Of a stretch of DNA of 64,000 bases, positions 62,103-64,000 are shown one piece after another. Within the stretch, counting starts at the first letter, position 1, and every line of letters begins with the position of its first letter. Source of the DNA: an uncultured Chloroflexia bacterium (lineage in GTDB: Bacteria; Chloroflexota; Dehalococcoidia; UBA2979); assembly GCA_963728205.1 (NCBI GenBank), contig CAVSIV010000006.1:960001-1024000 (forward strand), read 5' to 3'. The position numbers and the translations under genes were made by a program. The notes beneath the pieces are model-generated. The model made no database searches. It was not told the DNA's origin and saw nothing but the letters and a program-made list of their open reading frames with translations.

Positions 62103-64000
62103 GTGAGCACCTGGGTCGGTCGCTACGCCATGGTCGCCGGGCAGGCCGAGGAACACGGCCCCTGGCTCGTCGACCGCGTGCGCACGCGGGACGAGGAGAC
62201 CGTGCGCGTGCTCGTGGTGGCCGAGCCCGTCGACGCGCGCTCGAGCGAGTTCTGCGCCGAGGTGGCCGAGGCGGTGGCGGCGCTGTTCGGGCGCGAGACG
62301 CTTTCGATCACCGGCGGGTTGCAGCGCGCGCTCCAGCAGGCGCACGCGAACCTCGCGGAATGGAACCGGCGCTCGCTGCGCGAGCACCGCGTAGCGGTGG
62401 GCATCACCTGCGTGGCGATCCGCGAGGGCGTGGCGACCGTGGGGCAGGTCGGCCCCGGCGTCGCGTACACGTTCGGGCCCGAGGGCCTGCGGCGCCTGTC
62501 GACCGAGAACACGCCGGCGATGCACCCGCTCGGCGGCGAAGAGTCGATCCAGCCGCAGTTCACGGCCGTGCCGCTGCAGGACCGCGAGCTGCTGCTCCTG
62601 ACGAGCGGCGTGGAGGACGCGGTGCCGCCGCCGGCGATCGGGACGGCGCTGGCGGCCGGGCCGGAGCGCGCGCTCCCGGAGCTGTTCGTGCGCACGCGCG
62701 GCGTGGCCGACATGTCGGCCGTCCTGGTCGCCGAGCTCGACTACGACGAGCAGCCGGCGCCGCCGCCGCTCGTGCCGGCGGAGGACAGCGTCGAGGGGCG
62801 GCGCGTCGTGCTGGACGCGGGTCCCCCGGACGACGAACCGACGCCGGACCGGCGCCGCGCGGTGGTCGCGCTGCCGACGGTGCGGCGCCCGCCGCGCACG
62901 GTGGGGCGGCGCACGCCCGGGGGCGGCGGCAGCCCGCCGTGGCGCACGATCGGGCTCGCGGCGGCGGCCGTGATCGTGCTCGCCGCACTCGCGTGGGCGA
63001 TCCTGCCCGGCCTGCTGCGGCAGGACCGCGCGGCGAAGCTCGACCAGGTGCTCACGTCCGGCAACGCCGCGCTCGCGACGGCGAGCAGCGCGACGGACCC
63101 CTCGCGGCGGCGCGACGCGCTGAACACGGCGCTCAGCGACGCGGAGAGCGCGCGCGGCATCGCGCCCGACGACCCTCGCGTCGCGCAGCTCGAGGCGCAG
63201 GCGCGGTCGGCGCTCGCGGTCCTCGACGCGGTCGTCGACGTGAAGGACCTGCGCAGCGTTGTGACGTTCAGCGGGAAGATCACGGCGCCACTGCGGCCGG
63301 CCGCGCTCGCGAGCGGCGGCGGCTGGCTGTGGATGCTCGACGCGGAGAAGGGGCGTGTGTTCCGCATCGACCCGGCCGGCACGGGCGACCCGGTCGAGGT
63401 CTACCGCAGCGGCCAGGACTACGGCGGCACGCAGGCGCGCGACGTGATCGCGCTGACGTGGGAGCCCTCGGCGAAGCGGCTGCTCGTGTTCGACGTCGGG
63501 CGCACGCTGTGGGGCGTCGACCCGACCGGCGGGACCCCGCAGCCGGTCCCGCTGCGCGGGGCCGCCGAGCTGCGCACGCCCACGGCGATGACGGCGTACG
63601 CGGGGAACCTCTACATCCTGGACCCCGGAGCCGGCGAGGTGTGGCGCTACCTCCCGGCCGCGGACGGCTTCGACTCCGAGCGCGCGGGCCTGCTCGGCGG
63701 CATCGACCTCTCGCAGTCGACGGCGCTCGCGGTCGACGGCGACGTCTACGTGCTCGCCGGCGGCAAGCTGCGCGCGTTCCGCGGCGGCAAGGAGCTGGCG
63801 CCGCTGCTCGCCGGCATCGACAAGCCGCCCGACGCTCCCGTGGGCATGGTCGAGGACACGACGCGCGGCCTGATCTACGTCGCGGATCGGGCGCAGCAGC
63901 GCATCGTCGTCGGCGATCACAACGGACCGTTCGTGCGCCAGTTCCGCAACCCGGCGTTCTTCGACCTCAAGGGCGTCGCGGTCTCCGACGACGGCTCCAC
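62103..64000 (+). CDS. membrane protein: PP2C-like N-domain, TM helix, NHL-type beta-propeller (runs off window)
   Basis: open frame to window end; TGGLQRALQQAHANL, GITCVAI, RELLLLTSG; TM IGLAAAAVIVLAALAWAIL; NLYILDP, VDGDVYVL, IYVADRAQQRIVV; start uncertain. Confidence 0.7.
   Translation, partial: MSTWVGRYAMVAGQAEEHGPWLVDRVRTRDEETVRVLVVAEPVDARSSEFCAEVAEAVAALFGRETLSITGGLQRALQQAHANLAEWNRRSLREHRVAVGITCVAIREGVATVGQVGPGVAYTFGPEGLRRLSTENTPAMHPLGGEESIQPQFTAVPLQDRELLLLTSGVEDAVPPPAIGTALAAGPERALPELFVRTRGVADMSAVLVAELDYDEQPAPPPLVPAEDSVEGRRVVLDAGPPDDEPTPDRRRAVVALPTVRRPPRTVGRRTPGGGGSPPWRTIGLAAAAVIVLAALAWAILPGLLRQDRAAKLDQVLTSGNAALATASSATDPSRRRDALNTALSDAESARGIAPDDPRVAQLEAQARSALAVLDAVVDVKDLRSVVTFSGKITAPLRPAALASGGGWLWMLDAEKGRVFRIDPAGTGDPVEVYRSGQDYGGTQARDVIALTWEPSAKRLLVFDVGRTLWGVDPTGGTPQPVPLRGAAELRTPTAMTAYAGNLYILDPGAGEVWRYLPAADGFDSERAGLLGGIDLSQSTALAVDGDVYVLAGGKLRAFRGGKELAPLLAGIDKPPDAPVGMVEDTTRGLIYVADRAQQRIVVGDHNGPFVRQFRNPAFFDLKGVAVSDDGS

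Overview
High-GC core-genome window, most consistent with a Chloroflexota (Dehalococcoidia-like) bacterium; this taxonomy is inferred from gene content. It holds an 11-subunit complex I operon lacking nuoEFG, valS, prs, secA, tRNA-Thr(CGT), peptidoglycan genes (Slt, DD-carboxypeptidase, murJ, RodZ/PASTA), the rpmH-rnpA-yidD-(beta-propeller lipoprotein)-yidC-jag-parAB cluster with a perfect parS site but no adjacent dnaA, an ECF41 sigma unit, holB-ricT, rpsT, rimO, scpB, fabF, folC, an archaeal-type FBP aldolase/phosphatase with a DUF1122-like gene, rdgB and moaAC. No mobile element or CRISPR array was seen. The most interesting signals were missed or fragmented by the ORF track: (1) an apparent Val-codon leader-peptide attenuator (MRISARVVVR plus alternative hairpins and a terminator) upstream of valS; (2) a selenocysteine peroxiredoxin with an in-frame UGA and SECIS-like hairpin; (3) an unannotated 42-aa gene with its own operator, promoter, RBS and terminator; (4) a second uORF plus hairpin leader before a SWIM-like protein. 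Eight genes carry single-base +1 frameshifts that are probably sequencing errors.
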